In this document: positions 62,495 to 64,000 of the stretch, piece by piece | Position numbering within the stretch: position 1 is the first letter of the stretch | How the letters are laid out: every line of letters starts with the position of its first letter | Source: Albugo candida | Lineage: Eukaryota | Direction: 5' to 3' | DNA: 64,000 nt | Assembly: GCA_040437565.1 (NCBI GenBank) | Contig: JBDOQK010000060.1 | Span: 124,001 to 188,000 of the forward strand | Notes under the pieces: generated by a model | Database searches by the model: none | The model's input: only the letters and a program-made list of their open reading frames with translations | What the model was told of the DNA's origin: nothing | Program-made: the position numbers and the translations under genes

Positions 62495-64000
62495 ATGCAT
62501 ACACGGTCGCATTATACCCAATCACATCCTTCCCTCATGACGCCGTGCTATCTGAAGCCTCAAAGAACGTATACATTCCCTAATGGCACTGATCCTCTCC
62601 ATGTCGCGGCAGCTTGTGATAGGAATGACCCTGAATCGCTTTGTATTGCAGCCATATATCTCCCTAATCAAATGCATGCATCCTCTGCTGAAATCGTCAT
62701 TTCTTTCCCAATAAAAGGCGACCTTCAGACTGAGAATTTCAAGCTCAGCTCTCCATCTTCAACGGCCACATTCTCCTCCAAAAGCTGGCGAATTACATGG
62801 AGCTCTTACGCACAGAATCTCTTGGTAACTGCACTCGAAATGGAAGTGGAGACTGTCGTGGGTCCTCGCTTTTGGCTCTTATCACCTGACAAGCAACTCG
62901 AGTCGCGATACAGACTTTTGTGCTCGCAATTCTTTTCGGATGACATATTGGATTTCCAGTGGAACACTCAGTCGACCATTCTATCGCAATTTGGACACGG
63001 GGAGAAGCATTTCTTGCTCGTATTAAATGACGCGAAAATCGTATACCTTTACGTTCAGGACATTATATCGGGAAGGTTACTGTTAGATGCTCGGAAATGG
63101 CATTGTAGGCTGGTTTCCTGCGCATATCATCAGTATAAAGGCACACTAGCACTCAGTGGAGATATCTCAGCAACAGATTGTTCGCAGTCAGAAGGAGCAT
63201 CATCGTGGAGTCTGTGGCAAGTCTCTACAACTGATTGCACGTCCACATCGCTGGAGCTACTAGACAGTACCTTGATGCTTGGTCCGACGGAAATTGAACA
63301 TTGCAAAACGATATGTGGAAGTATTGTGGATCAAAGCTTTTCGGTCGATGGTCAAAAGCTCTGTATGCTCCATGGGGAAGGATTTATTGCAATTCGCGAA
63401 TTAGAAATTTGTGAGAATGTAATACAGTGGAGACGAGTCAATACAGACCCGACAGGTGTCATCAATCGTGCTACATTTCTGAATAACAATCTTTTGGTCT
63501 TTCAGAGCAATTCCCAGTTCTCATTTACCACGGTATCACTCGCTCACTTCAAAGTGTTTGGCACCCAGTCAATGGTATACTTGATGGCTCTCGAGCCTCA
63601 TGGTCACCACTTAATTTCAATTATTTCAATTTCTGGCGGTATTCGAAATGGAATTCAAAACAGCCTTTGTATCTGCACACTTGTTACCAAAGTTTTCAGT
63701 GTCATTGCGGCTCTGATAGCCGATGATTTGTTGAATGAAGCTGTTGATTTGCTGGAGGAAACACCTCGCTCGGATGCATTCAGCCATGAAGAAGGGTATC
63801 AACGTGTTTGGGAGCAGTATTGTCGCCAATCTTCCTCATCGGCTTCGACGTATCGCATCGTACACCACGCGCCCACACAAGAGGCTGCTTTCCGAGCATT
63901 ACAAAATATCCAATCCGATTCCTATATCGAACAGCAGAGTCTTTGCACCATTTTTTCCACAGCCGAAAGTATGGAACGAATGCTCCAACTGAGCCTCACA
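62495..64000 (+). CDS. Large protein, 3'-truncated; N-terminal beta-rich region then NBAS(Sec39/MIP2)/ROD-like helical start
   Basis: Hand translation shows no stop from 62426 to the window end (502 codons from the ATG at 62495). Possible upstream intron 62422-62484. LIADDLLNEAVDLL...YQRVW...LQNIQSDSYIEQQSL...ERMLQLSL resembles the NBAS/ROD junction region as recalled. Confidence 0.7.
   Translation, partial: MHTRSHYTQSHPSLMTPCYLKPQRTYTFPNGTDPLHVAAACDRNDPESLCIAAIYLPNQMHASSAEIVISFPIKGDLQTENFKLSSPSSTATFSSKSWRITWSSYAQNLLVTALEMEVETVVGPRFWLLSPDKQLESRYRLLCSQFFSDDILDFQWNTQSTILSQFGHGEKHFLLVLNDAKIVYLYVQDIISGRLLLDARKWHCRLVSCAYHQYKGTLALSGDISATDCSQSEGASSWSLWQVSTTDCTSTSLELLDSTLMLGPTEIEHCKTICGSIVDQSFSVDGQKLCMLHGEGFIAIRELEICENVIQWRRVNTDPTGVINRATFLNNNLLVFQSNSQFSFTTVSLAHFKVFGTQSMVYLMALEPHGHHLISIISISGGIRNGIQNSLCICTLVTKVFSVIAALIADDLLNEAVDLLEETPRSDAFSHEEGYQRVWEQYCRQSSSSASTYRIVHHAPTQEAAFRALQNIQSDSYIEQQSLCTIFSTAESMERMLQLSLT

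Overview
This is a eukaryotic scaffold, most likely from an oomycete (Albugo-like by gene content and composition; an inference), with 100-N gaps. The left end holds an intact housekeeping block: a 5'-truncated myosin head-IQ-ankyrin-FYVE gene, a Sel1-repeat gene and a spliced GRASP55/65 gene. The right end holds an open reading frame of at least 502 codons that the ORF track missed and that looks NBAS/ROD-like. The ~50 kb in between is a birth-and-death array built by repeated local duplication and inversion. It carries six copies of a divergent, intronless, ~380-410 aa putatively secreted protein family (family A; 3 intact, 3 broken). Their motifs line up with the pepsin (A1) aspartic-protease fold, but both catalytic D[ST]G motifs are missing. 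Every family A copy has a convergent, decayed partner (family B) just downstream. Four myosin pseudogenes and a Sel1/GRASP pseudogene block are interleaved. One family A copy is split by a full-length Copia element (LTRs, PBS, PPT, TGATC target-site duplication). A LINE fragment has displaced the conserved upstream region of another copy. A Copia/Gypsy/Tc1-like fossil cluster follows. Several exact duplications flanking N gaps are assembly artefacts.
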